Positions 16,578 through 25,657 of a stretch of 28,858 nucleotides of DNA are shown one piece after another. Position numbers and translations under genes: made by a program. The notes under the pieces were generated by a model. That model was not told the origin of the DNA, made no database searches, and worked only from the letters and a program-made list of their open reading frames with translations. The DNA comes from a virus. Its lineage: Duplodnaviria > Caudoviricetes. Each line of letters opens with the position of its first letter. Position 1 is the first letter of the stretch. The stretch lies in the IMG/VR virus record IMGVR_UViG_3300042207_000176, positions 1 through 28,858 of that record; one strand, 5' to 3'.

Positions 16578-17507
16578 TTAAACGACGTTGGACAGCAGGA
16601 ACCCAGCGTGATTTGCCACAATCAGTTCCTTGACTTCTTCCCCCGAGCGGATCAGTTCACCGCCACGAAGGCCCATCTGTGCCGCAATCGATCCGGCGAC
16701 TTTTGTGCCGTATTCTGCGGTCATGCCAAAGGTGATCCCGCCTGTGGTATCCGCACTTTCGTCAATGAACTGACCGGCAAGGATGTTGCCCCAGGCGCGT
16801 TCCATCACCGGCGTCTGACCCGGCTTGGTGGTGTTAACCCGTGATGCACCAATATGGATTTTCTGTACTTCATACAGTTCGGCGACAGCTTCCTTGGCCG
16901 CCGCCCCGGCATCGCCGGAGTTGCGGTTGGTCGCCTTGACGATTTTCGGGTGCTGGCGCAGGGCTGACCAGGCGACCTGCCCAATGGTAAGCTGGTTGGG
17001 CCGGACCAGACAGGCATCAAGCATGTCCGAGACTTCCTTGATCGGGTCGGAGCTTGTATCGGTGAACATCGAAGCGCCCGAAAGTGCTTTGACCAAACCC
17101 GCCGGATAGTTGGCAGGACTGGAAATCAGGTTGGCAACCCGCACTTCACGACCAAGCATAACAATATTGGTGGCGCGTTCCGTCGCACGGTCACGCGGGT
17201 TGTACCCGGCCTTTTCGGCTTCTTCGATGGTGGGCTGATCAAGCGGTATGTCGATGCCGAAATCCTCGACCTCGTCATTTTCTTTGGTGCCTTCGATCTC
17301 GACCCGGTTCGGGGCAGAACGACGCCCGACGCGGGTATCAGGAACCGAATAACCCTCGGCAAGATCGTATTTCTGCCACGAGAATTTACGGGCCGGAACC
17401 TTGATGCGCGGCAAAACCTGATCAGCGATCAGGGCGTAGGTCGGATTGCTGTACGCAATCGCGATGGCGGTCAGGATCGGATCGACCTGAAACTGTCCGG
17501 TAGTCAT
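16578..17507 (-). CDS. Major capsid protein (309 aa)
   Basis: 'DPILTAIAIAY.N....IADQVLP' N-terminus and 'RPN.L..G..AW..LR.HP'. AGGAG RBS and synteny. Confidence 0.92.
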   Translation of the reverse strand: MTTGQFQVDPILTAIAIAYSNPTYALIADQVLPRIKVPARKFSWQKYDLAEGYSVPDTRVGRRSAPNRVEIEGTKENDEVEDFGIDIPLDQPTIEEAEKAGYNPRDRATERATNIVMLGREVRVANLISSPANYPAGLVKALSGASMFTDTSSDPIKEVSDMLDACLVRPNQLTIGQVAWSALRQHPKIVKATNRNSGDAGAAAKEAVAELYEVQKIHIGASRVNTTKPGQTPVMERAWGNILAGQFIDESADTTGGITFGMTAEYGTKVAGSIAAQMGLRGGELIRSGEEVKELIVANHAGFLLSNVV

Positions 17508-17538
17508 AAAATAAAACTCCTGAATACGGGGGGATCAA

Positions 17539-17913
17539 TCAGCCCTGAAGGCTTGACGGAATGACGTGCACCTTGCCGATCACACCAATCGCGCCATCTT
17601 CCATCGCGGTGCCGACAATGCGGACATTGGCCCCGGCGGCAGGGGCCGCGATAACAGCGCGGCCTTGCGCGTCGCTGGTCAAAAGGTCGCCAAATTCAAC
17701 ATCCCCGCCATATTCGATGTCGCGGATGTCATCCATGCACACATCGATGCGCTTGTCGGCGGCATCGACACCGGCAACGCCGGTGCAACCAATGATCCTG
17801 TCGGTCGCTGCCGTGGCCTGTTTGACCACACCGCTTGATGCACCCGCCGCAACGATGCGGTATTTGGCAATCGCCCCCGCACTGGTGAAATTTTTGATCA
17901 GACCCAAATTCAT
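17539..17913 (-). CDS. Capsid cement/decoration protein (DUF2190-like)
   Basis: Small Gly/Ala-rich beta protein with 'GD.LTSDAQGRAV', between protease and capsid genes. Confidence 0.85.
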   Translation of the reverse strand: MNLGLIKNFTSAGAIAKYRIVAAGASSGVVKQATAATDRIIGCTGVAGVDAADKRIDVCMDDIRDIEYGGDVEFGDLLTSDAQGRAVIAAPAAGANVRIVGTAMEDGAIGVIGKVHVIPSSLQG

Positions 17914-17915
17914 GA

Positions 17916-18359
17916 TCAGGCCCCTTTCTGGAGTTTGCGCACGGCCTGCCCATAACCGACCGTAATGCCTTTCGAAGCCTGTTCGGCGACATGAGCACGG
18001 GCCGCATCGGCAAGGACGGCAGGATCGGAAAAATCAATCGTATTGCCCGGTACATCAGCGGAATGTTCGCCAAAATCGACAATCTTGGGCACAGACGAGA
18101 GAACCGCCTTGAGAGCATCAACCGGACGGGCCGGTTTGCTGCCTTCACCAAAGCTGATTTCACCTTCACCATGCACCGAAAGATGCGTGACCAGGGAAAC
18201 CACTGCGTCTTTCTGCGCAGGGATCAATTTGCCCTCCTTGATCAGGTTGTCGGCGAAGTTGATGGCTGCGGTACTCGCCTGTTTCTCTGCAAATACAGCT
18301 TCGGCAGCTGCGAGCGCTGTTTCTCGCTGTTTAATGGCTTCGATTTCCTTGGGGTCCAC
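17916..18359 (-). CDS. Scaffold protein (Mu gpZ-like) from an internal in-frame start
   Basis: AAGGAGG (18365-18371) 5 nt before an in-frame GTG at 18359, just after the Pro-rich linker. Confidence 0.7.
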   Translation of the reverse strand: MDPKEIEAIKQRETALAAAEAVFAEKQASTAAINFADNLIKEGKLIPAQKDAVVSLVTHLSVHGEGEISFGEGSKPARPVDALKAVLSSVPKIVDFGEHSADVPGNTIDFSDPAVLADAARAHVAEQASKGITVGYGQAVRKLQKGA

Positions 18360-19031
18360 CTTGTCCTCCTTCGGCGGGTTGGGATCGGGTACGGGTTTGG
18401 GGGCTGGATCGGCTGCCGGGTCCGCAAACATCGGTTGATTGACGGTTTCGGGATCGGGCTGTGCGGCCTGATCTGCGGCCCATTGGACGTCCCAGCCTGG
18501 CAGGGCTTTGTCTGCCTCTTCCTGGCCGAATTTGCCGAGTATCCAGTCACGCAAACCCCGGAACATTCCAGCCACGTTGCGTGGGTCGAGATCGGCGAAT
18601 TCCAGCGTGACAATGCCGTCTTCGGCTTCGTCAGCGAATTCGATGGCTTTCAGCCCTTTGACCGCAGGGGCCATCGCACCGAGAAAACCGACATGACGCA
18701 GATAGTAATGACCGGGTTTGGGATTATTCGGCGCGTCGGGTTGATAGAACGACGCGGAGATTTTCTTGAAGGCCCCGGTTTCAACCATTTCGGCGAATTC
18801 CGGATTGACTTGCTGCGGGATTGCGACAAGCCCACCATCGGCATATTCAAGCGACTTGACCCAACCATAAGCAGGGTTGTTGTGCTTGGGATGACCGATA
18901 ACCAGAGGGCTTTCATGAAGGGACGGATCGTAAACCGACGAAATATCCGACATATCGGTTTCGCCGAACGCAATCGTCCGTCCGCTCATGTCGGTATGTG
19001 TACCAGGTTTGAAAATATGAATACGCTTCAC
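17916..19031 (-). CDS. Mu gpI-like prohead protease/scaffold
   Basis: 'IHIFKPGTH', 'PLVIGHP...PAYGWV' and 'YLRHVGFLGA..PAVKGL'. GTG 19031 has a GGAGGG RBS; ATG 19046 is an alternative start. Confidence 0.92.
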   Translation of the reverse strand: MKRIHIFKPGTHTDMSGRTIAFGETDMSDISSVYDPSLHESPLVIGHPKHNNPAYGWVKSLEYADGGLVAIPQQVNPEFAEMVETGAFKKISASFYQPDAPNNPKPGHYYLRHVGFLGAMAPAVKGLKAIEFADEAEDGIVTLEFADLDPRNVAGMFRGLRDWILGKFGQEEADKALPGWDVQWAADQAAQPDPETVNQPMFADPAADPAPKPVPDPNPPKEDKVDPKEIEAIKQRETALAAAEAVFAEKQASTAAINFADNLIKEGKLIPAQKDAVVSLVTHLSVHGEGEISFGEGSKPARPVDALKAVLSSVPKIVDFGEHSADVPGNTIDFSDPAVLADAARAHVAEQASKGITVGYGQAVRKLQKGA

Positions 19032-19057
19032 GTCGCCCTCCGTCATGTGACAGAGGC

Positions 19058-19153
19058 ATCATGAAGGGTTCAAAGGGCGGGAATTAGCTGAAAACTTCAG
19101 GTAAATCGCCATTTTTTGCGATTTGAAGCAAGGGGAGCCTGAATTATTTCAGG
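19058..19153 (-). promoter_or_regulatory. Putative activator-dependent late promoter for the head operon (Mu PI-like)
   Basis: Palindrome CTGAA-AAC-TTCAG (19088-19100) 24 nt upstream of a CATGAT -10-like hexamer. A second palindrome CCTGAA-TTAT-TTCAGG lies at 19138-19153. Confidence 0.65.
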
Positions 19154-19418
19154 GGAGGCGTCAACAGATACAGGTCTGGTCCGGCCCGCAATGTTGTCTT
19201 GTCGCACTTCTAACGGGGGTCTAACGGCTTATGATGGGAGAACTCGCGACAACCGGACCTGACAGCCCCGTCATCGCGACAGTCGGCTAAAAATCGAACC
19301 GCTTCATTTTTTCGGGCAGGAGTGGTAAGATCAAATCTGCGGTTGCCGGAAAATCTGGTGAAATTCGTGAGCCCAGAGTGCTTGTCGGGAAATCGGCCAG
19401 TAGCAGCAAAGGCCCAAG

Positions 19419-19754
19419 TCACGTAAGGGGCGGCAACCGTTTCTCAATCTTCACCTTCAGGTCATCACCTGTCAAAATCATCGGTTGCGGTTTTTTCCAT
19501 AGAGGAAACTTGGTCTCTGCGGCCTTTGTGATCATGTCGATCTTTGACCGTACGAGTTCGTGTTCTGCTATGCGCTCAGAAAGCCGTTTTCCACCGGCGA
19601 CGTCTGTTAGGGCACCATCGTTTAACCGCACCCATAATATCAGTTCATCTTTTCCGAAACCGGGATCAAGCTCCAGATCAGCAAAAAACTCAATGTCCAT
19701 CCCGTCTTCTGGATGACAGTCGCAAAGGGTTTTAAATGTCAGTTTCGCCTTCAT
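19419..19754 (-). CDS. Hypothetical protein downstream of MuF (about 111 aa; candidate immunity or moron gene)
   Basis: Open frame with protein-like composition and visibly lower GC than its neighbours. Start uncertain (19754, 19766 or 19793). Confidence 0.6.
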   Translation of the reverse strand: MKAKLTFKTLCDCHPEDGMDIEFFADLELDPGFGKDELILWVRLNDGALTDVAGGKRLSERIAEHELVRSKIDMITKAAETKFPLWKKPQPMILTGDDLKVKIEKRLPPLT

Positions 19755-19837
19755 GTTTGTACCCATTGTCAGTTTACAGGGATCGAAAAACAACCGTATC
19801 GATCAGACTTTAACAGACTTGGAACAAAAGGTGAATT

Positions 19838-21151
19838 TTATAGGGTGCCATCCAGCAGTCGATACCGTTTTTGCAGAAGGTTTTCCGGTTTCACAATACC
19901 GGCGGTTCGCGCGGCATTGACGCGAATGTCGCGCCGTTTTCCATCACTGCCGCGCATGCGCTGGTAGTAATCGATGCGCACCACCAGTTTGCCTTTTTGT
20001 GCGTTCTCTGCATCGAAAACATAGATCAATGCCGGGTCGGTCGTATCAAACAGCACGGCTTTGGCATTGGCCAGTTCAGTTGGCAGATTGCGAATAAAGG
20101 ATTCCGGCAAGGTTTGATTTCTGGCTTTTTTGACATCGCGTAGCAAATGCAAAATATCGCGGTCGCCAATGGTAATCGCGGCATTTTCCGGGTAGCTGTC
20201 AAAATCAGACAATCGCTCAACCGTGCGCGGGCTAAATGCCCCAATCACGCGCCGTTCACCGCCAGCCCTGCCAGCGACAATCACATCATCAAAAAACAGG
20301 CCAAAGCTGTTTTGAATTTCAGCTATCACCTCCGGGTCTGATTTCAATGCCAGGGCGGCAATATCAGGCGGGGCGGTACGCAGCTTTTCGGCAAAGACGC
20401 GCCCGGCCTCGGCGCGGGTGGCCGATTTGCCAACATTATGGCCCCAGCCGGGATCAATACCGGTGGGGATGGTTTCAATTTCGCCGGTACGCCCGTTAAA
20501 CCAGTCGCGGGTTTCAATGGCGGGATCGGGGGAGATTTCATAGCCATAGCGGGCCAGTTGCCGGTCTGTCAGGATTTGTACCGTACAGCGGCAGCCCCAG
20601 CCATTGGGCGGGTAATGACTATCCCAAAAAGGATGGTCCACCGGCAAAACCGTGCCGTGCCAGTTGCGATGGCTTTGCCTTGTGCGTTCATCAAGCACCG
20701 CGACATAGCGCAGATAAACCTTTTGCCCGGATTGGCCCTGAAGCTGCTTGCCCAGGTCTTTGGCGCGCTGCCATTTCCCGGCAGCGTAAGAGGCCCGTAA
20801 ATTTACATCATAGATGGTGCGCAGGCGGTGAGGCGATCCCAGTTGAACCAGGCGTTCTTCGCCGGTTACAGGGTCTGTCATAATCTGTTTGCCCCACCAG
20901 CCTTTGGCTTGCAGGGTCGGGATCAGGTCTTTTTTGAATTGATCAAGGGTGGTGCCGTTGCGAAGCGCGCTATCGACCGCCGTGCGAATATCGCCCAGAA
21001 TGTCCAGGCGCATGGCTTTGGCAACGGTAAAGGTCCGCGCGTGCTGATCAGCATCCACATCGCGCCAGTCAAACGAAATCTCAAGGCCCTTGCGCGCGAA
21101 CAATTTGATGGCGGCTTCGGGGGCAACCGCCTGAAGGTCAATCACCGTCAT
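19838..21151 (-). CDS. MuF head morphogenesis protein with a C-terminal extension (437 aa)
   Basis: 'FTVAK', 'RLRTIYDVN', 'D.RTR.SH..W.G.VLPVDHPFW...PPNGWGCRC'. About 170 additional C-terminal residues. Confidence 0.93.
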   Translation of the reverse strand: MTVIDLQAVAPEAAIKLFARKGLEISFDWRDVDADQHARTFTVAKAMRLDILGDIRTAVDSALRNGTTLDQFKKDLIPTLQAKGWWGKQIMTDPVTGEERLVQLGSPHRLRTIYDVNLRASYAAGKWQRAKDLGKQLQGQSGQKVYLRYVAVLDERTRQSHRNWHGTVLPVDHPFWDSHYPPNGWGCRCTVQILTDRQLARYGYEISPDPAIETRDWFNGRTGEIETIPTGIDPGWGHNVGKSATRAEAGRVFAEKLRTAPPDIAALALKSDPEVIAEIQNSFGLFFDDVIVAGRAGGERRVIGAFSPRTVERLSDFDSYPENAAITIGDRDILHLLRDVKKARNQTLPESFIRNLPTELANAKAVLFDTTDPALIYVFDAENAQKGKLVVRIDYYQRMRGSDGKRRDIRVNAARTAGIVKPENLLQKRYRLLDGTL

Positions 21152-22631
21152 TGAGTTTCGCCCCGGCGCGTGTCGCGACTTCAACGCCAAAAGTCAGTTC
21201 TCGCAGCTTTTGCGCAAATGCCTGAATATCCATATCGGGATATGCCTTGCGCAGGCCGGTTTCGATGTCGGCAAAGGACGCCGCATCTTCAATCAGATCA
21301 AGCAAAGGGTCGATGATTGGGCGCATGAGTGGCTGCCAATCCTCAAGCTCCTGATCAAGGGCCTGATCAATGACGTCCCCGGCAGGATCGGCAAACGCTG
21401 TGCTGTCTGATGATGTAGCGTCATTGCCCTGGGCGGCAGGCGGTTTTGACTGGGCCTCGCTTAGGGTCCATTCGCCGCCATAGGTGTCGTTGATGTAAGA
21501 AAGTGCCGGGACAAAGCCCATGTCATAAATGAGTTTGTCGCGCTTGACCCGGCTATCCAAATCTTCCTCGTCATCAAGCACACGCCAGACACGGGGCGGC
21601 TTTGCGGTCGGGAAGTTCCATTGTGTCAGCCATTTGACCGGCCCGTTGTTAAATGTGCTGCACAAAAGGTCGGTATCGGCCTTGATGATTTCATCGCGCA
21701 CATCTTTATGCACATTCGCGGTGCCGCGCCATGATCCGCTATCGGTGGTGGAGGTTTGGCCGACAATCACTTTGGCGATCATGGCATCCAGATATTTGAC
21801 GAACTTCTCGTGATCGCCGCCCGATGCCCGAACGGCTTCCAGCAGGCTGATTTCCTGCCCCTGTGGTACGGTTACGGCAGCCTGTCCATGAATGGATGTC
21901 AAAATAGAAAGCAGCGTCCTGACCTCGTCATCGGTTGCTCCGGCATGGTGTTTGCCGATTGCTGTGGGCATCCCGAACTTTTCAAGCGCGACCGCCCAAA
22001 AGCGCACGCCATTGCGTTTCAAATAGACCGGCCAATACAGGAAATGCGCCAGGCCAAGCCCGTAAGGATCGTCGTCATTGTCGGTTTCGACCGTCGAGAC
22101 CCAGAACTTGCGTTCTGGCATGATCGTGCCCTTGGGCGCGGTTTTCGTTATCAGGCGCAGGCGACCCGCGCCGTCAAAACGGAAACGGTCAAACTTGCGC
22201 ACTTTGATGGCATCAATGACGATTTGCGTCCCGTCAAAAGCCCACAGCATTTCGGCGACCGCATAGCCGTAAAACTGGGCATAGGCCATTTTCCGGCAGG
22301 TCGCGTCAAAATCGATGGCATCAAGCTGGTTGCGGATGAATTCGGCGGCTTTTTTGTCCTGGAGCGACGTACCCCCGGCCTCGACCGTCACTTCCTTGCC
22401 GACCATCGCGTCCAGGCGCTGGCCGAACGCGGTCTTTACCTGATCATCGCGCAACAGGGCTTTATAAGCGTCATATCGATTGCCAATGCTTTTCAGCACC
22501 GTGTCGTTGGGGGTGGTGATTTCGTTGATCAGTTTGGCAAGGTCAAGATCGCTTTTAACTCCGGCCACTTCAGTGACAACCGGCTTTTCGATCCTGGCCT
22601 GTTTGTTGGTGTTTTTGTTCTTTCGCGCCAT
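21138..22631 (-). CDS. Portal protein (Mu gp29 / DUF935)
   Basis: 'YGYAVAE..W', 'PYGLGL...LYWP', 'LEKFGMP...GK' and 'IAKVIVGQT.T', plus synteny. Confidence 0.95.
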   Translation of the reverse strand: MARKNKNTNKQARIEKPVVTEVAGVKSDLDLAKLINEITTPNDTVLKSIGNRYDAYKALLRDDQVKTAFGQRLDAMVGKEVTVEAGGTSLQDKKAAEFIRNQLDAIDFDATCRKMAYAQFYGYAVAEMLWAFDGTQIVIDAIKVRKFDRFRFDGAGRLRLITKTAPKGTIMPERKFWVSTVETDNDDDPYGLGLAHFLYWPVYLKRNGVRFWAVALEKFGMPTAIGKHHAGATDDEVRTLLSILTSIHGQAAVTVPQGQEISLLEAVRASGGDHEKFVKYLDAMIAKVIVGQTSTTDSGSWRGTANVHKDVRDEIIKADTDLLCSTFNNGPVKWLTQWNFPTAKPPRVWRVLDDEEDLDSRVKRDKLIYDMGFVPALSYINDTYGGEWTLSEAQSKPPAAQGNDATSSDSTAFADPAGDVIDQALDQELEDWQPLMRPIIDPLLDLIEDAASFADIETGLRKAYPDMDIQAFAQKLRELTFGVEVATRAGAKLNDGD

Positions 22632-22634
22632 GAC

Positions 22635-24350
22635 CTAATAGCCCCGCCAGTTCAACGCGCCGCTTGCCGCGCCGTAGTTTCCATTTACTGAAATCGTGCT
22701 GTGATGTTCGCCGTAGGCATTCACGGATGCCCGCTGGCCACCTGTCCTGATGTCAAGCGGTGCGCCATAGGTAATTACAAGGTTCCACAGCATTTCAAGG
22801 GCGTCCGGCCCATCGTCATGGTCGCCGTTCGGCCATTGCTCAAGCTGGGTGCGCAAGACATTCTGACTCGGATGCAGCTTGATCCGCCCGTCACTGATCG
22901 GCACTTGCAGGCTTTCAATGCGCAAATCCTTGTCGGTGTTTTGTGGCACCGGAACACCATTGAGCGCGATGTGCTGACGAATCGCTTCGTCAATCAGTTG
23001 CGTGCGCAGGAATTCCTGAAACTGGACGGTTTCAATACCCCAGGCGACGCAACGATATTGTTTTTGAAATGCGATGATGTCGCTGATAATAACCTTGGGA
23101 ACCCGCTTGCGAATGGAAGCCTCCACCACGGCCAGTTCACCTGCCCGGCGATCAAATCCACCTACCAGAATGGCAGAGGGATCACGGTGATTGCCTTTCT
23201 TGCCCAGCGACGGGTCGCACGACCCGAAATAGACCCATTGCGGTTCAAACTGGACCCAATAGGTGAAGTTCTGAAAGGCGGCGTTTTCGTCGATTGCTTC
23301 GTTTTGCTGTTCGGAACTGAACGATTTGTGACCAATGCGCGCGCGTAATTCCATCAGATACAGGATCGGGCGTTTTTGCGGCCAACTGACAATCACGCCT
23401 TTTTCCATTTTGGCGCGGTTGTTTGCATAGAAATCCCGCGCGGCTTCACGCGACTGATTGCGCAGGATTTCTTCCCACGCATCCCACATATCCATGCGAT
23501 CCGGCCATTTCAGGATCGATTGGAACTTGATGCTTTGCCACATCGGATTGTTGAGCTTGCGCACCAATACCGAATCATAATGCAGCACGGTGCCGACAAA
23601 GATCAGGTCGAACTTTTCCCCGGCTTCGCCAAGGTTTGCCACACCCGTATCAATCCAGCTTTCCAGCTTGTCGCGCTGTTTGGGTGTTTTGACATTTTCG
23701 TCGTTTTCAATGTCATCAAGCACCGCAAGGTCCGGGCGGCGTGCGCCATGTTTCAGGCCACGAATGCGCTGCCCGGCACCGCGTGCGTGAAACTTGATAT
23801 TGTTACGTGTCACACACACGCCATCCTGCCAGACCGGGCCTTTGCCGATAATATCGGGGAAGTCGGTGCGCAGGCGCGGGTTGCTGTCAAATTCAACCTT
23901 GAAAGCCTCGACCACCACCGATGCCTGGTCAAACACATCCATGATGTAAATCATGTAATGTTTAAGCGCATATACCGCGCAATAGACGGTGAAAATCAGG
24001 GCATAGGTCGATTTAGCTTCACCGCGCGGGGCGGCAATCACTTCATTGACACTTTCGGGGTTTTCGATCAGGGCTGGGAAATGGTCGCAAAAATACCGAT
24101 GCAGGTTTGACAGATTGATCGGCTTTTCAATCCCGGTTTTGGGGTCTTTTTTGCCGCGAATATAATGCGGGAAATAGGTGCGCGCGAAATATTCAAAATC
24201 CTTGCGGCCTTTGTCGCGGCGGGTTTTGGCGGCAACCGGGTCGGGGTCAAACCCTGAACAGCGCGCTTCGAGATTACGCACAAACCCCTCGCGATATTCC
24301 GCAAGGGATTTCTCAAACTGCTTGGGGGTGAGGCGTTCGCGTTTAGCCAT
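22635..24350 (-). CDS. Terminase large subunit
   Basis: Walker A-like 'APRGEAKST', 'RPDLAVLDDIEND', 'VGT.LH.DS', nuclease 'DPSLG' and 'HDDGPDAL'. Confidence 0.95.
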   Translation of the reverse strand: MAKRERLTPKQFEKSLAEYREGFVRNLEARCSGFDPDPVAAKTRRDKGRKDFEYFARTYFPHYIRGKKDPKTGIEKPINLSNLHRYFCDHFPALIENPESVNEVIAAPRGEAKSTYALIFTVYCAVYALKHYMIYIMDVFDQASVVVEAFKVEFDSNPRLRTDFPDIIGKGPVWQDGVCVTRNNIKFHARGAGQRIRGLKHGARRPDLAVLDDIENDENVKTPKQRDKLESWIDTGVANLGEAGEKFDLIFVGTVLHYDSVLVRKLNNPMWQSIKFQSILKWPDRMDMWDAWEEILRNQSREAARDFYANNRAKMEKGVIVSWPQKRPILYLMELRARIGHKSFSSEQQNEAIDENAAFQNFTYWVQFEPQWVYFGSCDPSLGKKGNHRDPSAILVGGFDRRAGELAVVEASIRKRVPKVIISDIIAFQKQYRCVAWGIETVQFQEFLRTQLIDEAIRQHIALNGVPVPQNTDKDLRIESLQVPISDGRIKLHPSQNVLRTQLEQWPNGDHDDGPDALEMLWNLVITYGAPLDIRTGGQRASVNAYGEHHSTISVNGNYGAASGALNWRGY

Positions 24351-24843
24351 AGGCGCTTAAAACCTCCTTGCCGAAGGGTTCAAGGATTTCGATGAAGGCC
24401 TCACCGTGTTGGGGGAACCGCCCTGTCACGAAATCACCCAGCCGTTTGATCACGTCCTGGGCAACAGCAAGTTCGGAAATTTTGGGTGAGGCCCGCCCGG
24501 CGGCATTGATGGTTTTGTTAAACGCATCGGCCAGACCGGCAAGGGCTTCGGCTTTTTGCAGCGGTTTGATGTCTGTCGCTGCCTTCAGTTCTTCAATCAC
24601 CGTCAGGTGCAGTTGCACGTAATCTTCAATCAGCATGGCAACGATATCATCGGTGCCGCTTGCGGCCATGCTGGCCGCTGTGCGCGACTTGTCCCAAACA
24701 TCGCCTTCGGTTTCCGCCTGCGATTTCCAGCGCCGTACCGTGCCAGGCGAAACGCCAAGCCGTTCGGAAATCTTTGTCAGGTCAAGCCGGTCAAAAACAT
24801 AAAGCGCACGCGCCTGCGATTTGATTTCAGGGCTGTGCGCCAT
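24343..24843 (-). CDS. DUF1804-family HTH protein (putative terminase small subunit)
   Basis: 'MAHS.E....R.LYV', HTH 'LGVSPGTVRRWK', 'WDK.R.A'. Overlaps the terL start. Confidence 0.88.
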   Translation of the reverse strand: MAHSPEIKSQARALYVFDRLDLTKISERLGVSPGTVRRWKSQAETEGDVWDKSRTAASMAASGTDDIVAMLIEDYVQLHLTVIEELKAATDIKPLQKAEALAGLADAFNKTINAAGRASPKISELAVAQDVIKRLGDFVTGRFPQHGEAFIEILEPFGKEVLSAYG

Positions 24844-25065
24844 CTATGCCCCCCCGATATTGGCCTTTACGGCAGCCACAATCCCGGCAACGCTTGCTGA
24901 AATGATTCCGCCTGAAATAGCACCATTGATCGCGGCTTTCTTTTCAACATGGCGCAACCGGCCATCCATACCGTCAACCTTGCTCGAAAGTTCGGTCACA
25001 TTATTGCTGATGCCGTGCAAAAGGCCCTTGATCTCGCCAAGCTGATAGCTGATGTCATCCACCAC
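24844..25065 (-). CDS. Small coiled-coil protein with a C-terminal membrane anchor (73 aa)
   Basis: 'LGEIKG', coiled coil 'DGRLRHVE', hydrophobic C-terminus. Typical gene between Mu-like lysis and packaging genes. Confidence 0.8.
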   Translation of the reverse strand: MVDDISYQLGEIKGLLHGISNNVTELSSKVDGMDGRLRHVEKKAAINGAISGGIISASVAGIVAAVKANIGGA

Positions 25066-25657
25066 TTGTGTCCCCTTTTGTTTTTCCGTTGATTTTTGTG
25101 ATCACACCATTGACGAGATCATTGGCATTTCCCCATGTCGCCCCTTCAACCCGTGCCCGCTTTTCCTTGCCGCGATGCCAGGATGCAATGCCAAGCACGG
25201 CCAGCGGAATCAGCCAGAAGGTTTCGGGAACGGCGTTAAAAACCGACAGGGCAATGCCAACCCCGTCACCCCGCAAAATTGCGATGCCAAGGCACCCGGC
25301 CAAAAACGCCCAGGCGGTGGCACTGGCAAAGCCCCAAAAAGGTCGCCAACCCGATACCCACCAATGGTCGGATTGCGCTTCGGTTGTCATGGTACTGTTG
25401 ATCGCGGCAATGTCGGCTGTCCCGGCGGCAATCACCGCTTTGGTCAACTCGCTTTGATGTTCAATCTCGAACTTGCGCAGTTTCAGAACGGCAACGGGGT
25501 CGGCATTGATGGCCTGGGCGATTTTATCCGGGTCTGTATCGGTGCCAAACAGCGCGGCAAGGCCCGTACCAATAGCCCCGCCCGCCGGGCCAAGCAAGGC
25601 CGTGCCGACAAGCGGGGCCGATTGCGCCAGGGTTTTACCAAGGTCCGCCCACTTCAT
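25055..25657 (-). CDS. Putative holin (3TM/GTA-holin-like)
   Basis: ATGA overlap with the endolysin stop. 'EAQS..W....WRPF.G' followed by two hydrophobic helices and 'LG....R..EK'. Confidence 0.8.
   Translation of the reverse strand: MKWADLGKTLAQSAPLVGTALLGPAGGAIGTGLAALFGTDTDPDKIAQAINADPVAVLKLRKFEIEHQSELTKAVIAAGTADIAAINSTMTTEAQSDHWWVSGWRPFWGFASATAWAFLAGCLGIAILRGDGVGIALSVFNAVPETFWLIPLAVLGIASWHRGKEKRARVEGATWGNANDLVNGVITKINGKTKGDTSGG

Noticed and set aside
18370-18435. Short GGATCGG-type repeats
   Set aside because: Reflect the Pro/Asp-rich linker between the protease and scaffold parts.
17991-19064. 357-aa plus-strand ORF (and similar ones at 21756-22691, 22701-23348 and 23376-24110)
   Set aside because: In-register shadows of well-supported minus-strand structural genes, with no coupling to neighbours and non-protein-like composition. 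They show that long antisense ORFs are common here by chance.
19210-19422. 70-aa minus-strand ORF with a GTGA overlap to the upstream gene
   Set aside because: No SD, no recognisable features, and it ends well before the protease gene; probably non-coding intergenic sequence.
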